The notes under the pieces are model-generated. The model saw only the letters and a program-made list of their open reading frames with translations, made no database searches and was not told the origin of the DNA. Shown in pieces: positions 53,309-55,079 of a DNA stretch of 55,079 nt (positions are counted from its first letter, which is position 1; every line of letters begins with the position of its first letter). Source of the stretch: an uncultured Candidatus Saccharibacteria bacterium (GTDB taxonomy: Bacteria > Patescibacteriota > UBA1384 > CAJBMM01); NCBI GenBank assembly GCA_964561525.1, contig CAZLPY010000001.1, positions 1 to 55,079 of the forward strand, read 5' to 3'. Both the position numbers and the translations under genes were made by a program.

Positions 53309-53668
53309 ATGTTAGAACGAATTGGTGCGAGTATGTTACCGCACGCTTATGCACAGTTGACGGCAATTTGCCCAACCTCGAACGCGCGTTATCAAAGCCA
53401 GCAAGGCTATTTTCGAGCTTTATGCCCGGTTACGAGCGACGTGCCGATTGGCCAGTTGGTAGACAACATCATCACGCTTATTCTGTACGCCGCGGGAGCA
53501 TTAGCCGTCATTTACTTGCTCTATAGTGGTATTTTGTACATCACGGCCGGTGGTGACGACACCAAGGCCACCAAGGCCCGCACCGGTATCGTTAACGCCG
53601 TCATTGGTATTATCATCATCATTTTGGCCTTTGTGATCGAAAAAGCAGCCGCTCGCCTGTTTGCCTAG
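53309..53668 (+). CDS. VirB2/TrbC-like pilin paralog
   Basis: LLYSGILYITAGGDDTKATKARTGIVNAVIGIIIIILAFVIEKA. TAGGAGGA lies upstream of the ATG. Confidence 0.7.
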   Translation: MLERIGASMLPHAYAQLTAICPTSNARYQSQQGYFRALCPVTSDVPIGQLVDNIITLILYAAGALAVIYLLYSGILYITAGGDDTKATKARTGIVNAVIGIIIIILAFVIEKAAARLFA

Positions 53669-53687
53669 GAAATTTGGATATAAAAAT

Positions 53688-53727
53688 AGCGGGAGACTTC
53701 CATGTGGAAGCTCCCGCTTTTGTGTTT
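53688..53727. terminator. bidirectional rho-independent terminator
   Basis: AGCGGGAGACTTCC pairs with GGAAGCTCCCGCT. An A-run lies upstream and TTTTGTGTTTG downstream, between convergent genes. Confidence 0.7.
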
Positions 53728-53736
53728 GATCCTCGC

Positions 53737-54756
53737 CTAGCGCGGAATCTCAACGTCCAATACCCGCGAGTGCAGTGCGACCACAGTAGTTCCCCGATAC
53801 GACGTGACCTCAAGGGTCACAACACGACCGGAGATACCAACTACCACAGCCTCACCCATGACCGTGCCACCAGCTGCCCGACCAGCGCTGTCTCGCATCA
53901 CTTGCGTGAGGTTGAGATGCTGGCCGCGATGTACTGCAGCTGCTGTTTGATCGTCCACAATTGCCGAGACGATGTTCCGCCCCGTTACTTCAGTTGCGAA
54001 CGATACAACAGCGCGACGTTCGGTCAGTGTTTGACTGGCAGTGCTGTTTTGCAGTGCTAGTGCTACCCCAGCTAGCGCCATGAAGCTCGGCTCTTGATCT
54101 GACGATTGGAACGCTCCAAGATTCGTTCCGCGGAAAAAGTTGCCGAACGCAAGCTGGAGCTGTTTATCCGAGGCCCGCACCCCTTGTTTGCTGGCATCGC
54201 CACGAATGCGTAGCAGCACATCCCCGGGCTGACCGTTTGCTATCCTTGCCACGAATTTAAGATCGACACTTGTGTGAACCGTCCACTTGGCGTGACTGGA
54301 GGCAAACGACAGATCAATCGACTGAGGCGTATTGCGCCTGATAAACTTGCCGATGTCGCCCGGGAGGCTGTGCAGGATGTTTGGAACGCTGGTGTTACCT
54401 TGCATTCCCTCGCCGTCCTGTCGCTGCAGCTCGTCTACGATTGAGACGATTAGCAGTGCATCGGCTGATTCACGGTCGAGCGTCTCGTAGGCGCCGTAGC
54501 GCCCGAGTTGATCGGTTGCCATCTGCGCGATCATCTCGCGATTGGCGTATCCTTGAATGTCGATACGCTCGATATAGACGCGCAGCCCTTTGACAGCGGT
54601 ATTAACTTGCTGCTGCGAATTCGCATATTGACCGCGGCCTCCGTTTGACGAATGGACGCGAGAGTCGCGTCCCTCATCGGTATCATACCGACTCTGGGCA
54701 AAAGCAGGGGTGATCGCGCAAAGCACGACCAAAACGACGAAAAGAACTCGTTTCAT
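53737..54756 (-). CDS. secreted hypothetical protein (339 aa)
   Basis: Signal peptide MKRVLFVVLVVLCAITPAFAQ. I recognised no family with confidence. It appears slightly GC-richer than its neighbours. Confidence 0.55.
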   Translation of the reverse strand: MKRVLFVVLVVLCAITPAFAQSRYDTDEGRDSRVHSSNGGRGQYANSQQQVNTAVKGLRVYIERIDIQGYANREMIAQMATDQLGRYGAYETLDRESADALLIVSIVDELQRQDGEGMQGNTSVPNILHSLPGDIGKFIRRNTPQSIDLSFASSHAKWTVHTSVDLKFVARIANGQPGDVLLRIRGDASKQGVRASDKQLQLAFGNFFRGTNLGAFQSSDQEPSFMALAGVALALQNSTASQTLTERRAVVSFATEVTGRNIVSAIVDDQTAAAVHRGQHLNLTQVMRDSAGRAAGGTVMGEAVVVGISGRVVTLEVTSYRGTTVVALHSRVLDVEIPR

Positions 54757-54920
54757 CGGATTCCTCTTTCTATATCGTGAGATTGAGGCTTACGCCTCTC
54801 AATGAGTTAACGTTCGTTCACATCACCTATATAAGCATGATGAGAATGCTATAGAGTACCATATATTTTTATATCTGTCAATAGCTCTGAGCTCGAAGCA
54901 GCACAGTGGTAAGCACGGTA

Positions 54921-54993
54921 GTTATGAAATGACGAATGACAAATTAATAATTTCTAATGCCCCAATTGGCCATTTGAGCATTGGTATCTAATT
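54921..54993. repeat. AT-rich intergenic repeat, family B copy 2, inverted relative to 3531..3645, at the contig end
   Basis: It shares ordered blocks with the reverse complement of 3531..3645: gaaatgacgaat, atttctaat, ccaat, gcattgg, taattag. Confidence 0.45.
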
Positions 54994-55079
54994 AGATCGG
55001 AAGAGCGTCGTGGTAGGGAAAGTGTTTACGTCGGGGTGTAGATGGCGGTGGGCGCCGTTTCATTAAAAAAAAAGGGGGG
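54994..55079. other. Illumina adapter read-through plus poly-A/poly-G (assembly artefact, not biological)
   Basis: agatcggaagagcgtcgtg...tagggaaag...gtgtagat...ggtgg.cgccgt.tcatt matches the TruSeq universal adapter with errors. It is followed by A9 and G6. Confidence 0.9.

Noticed and set aside
1-55079. Alternative genetic code (UGA recoding as in Gracilibacteria/SR1), CRISPR arrays and rRNA genes
   Set aside because: TGA closes many well-supported ORFs and takes part in ATGA overlaps, so the standard code fits. I saw no regularly spaced direct repeats and no rRNA-like sequence.

Overview
This 55-kb contig appears to come from a small-genome, Gram-positive-type bacterium. I infer a CPR/Saccharibacteria-like origin from gene content (TrmB, ComF, GalU, tandem VirB2-like pilins); this is not proven. 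The standard genetic code is used: TGA acts as a stop and ATGA start/stop overlaps are common. All three tRNA genes encode their CCA ends.

Layout:
- 1-20.5 kb: a large cell-envelope glycan locus. It holds CapE/FnlA-type and other SDR sugar-nucleotide enzymes, a UbiA-type polyprenyl-phosphate phosphoribosyltransferase next to a 715-aa GT-C membrane glycosyltransferase, a PHP phosphoesterase, GT4 and GT2 enzymes, a 912-aa three-domain glycosyltransferase, two methyltransferases, the Wzm/Wzt ABC exporter, a TviB/TviC-like pair and a GT2+DUF2304 pair.
- 20.5-27.5 kb: an alpha/beta hydrolase, tRNA-Ser(UGA), a ROK kinase, a GHMP-kinase-like fusion protein and a HAD hydrolase.
- 27.5-45.7 kb: two integrated elements that appear AT-richer by eye, E1 (about 4.9 kb) and E2 (about 13 kb). 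Each carries a large serine recombinase gene that converges on, and reads antisense through, one of two originally adjacent tRNA genes, tRNA-Arg(GCG) and tRNA-Ser(GCU). The junction repeats can be found and the empty site can be reconstructed. E2 carries AbiEi/AbiEii, an Mrr-like nuclease fusion, a GC-richer unknown module, a replication-relaxation protein and a coupling-protein-like ATPase.
- 45.9-54.8 kb: TrmB, ComF, Hsp20, GalU, an orphan solute-binding protein, five tandem VirB2/TrbC-like pilin paralogs (one fused to a large secreted domain) and a secreted protein.

The last ~86 nt are Illumina adapter followed by poly-A and poly-G, an assembly artefact. I saw no rRNA genes, CRISPR arrays or phage structural genes.
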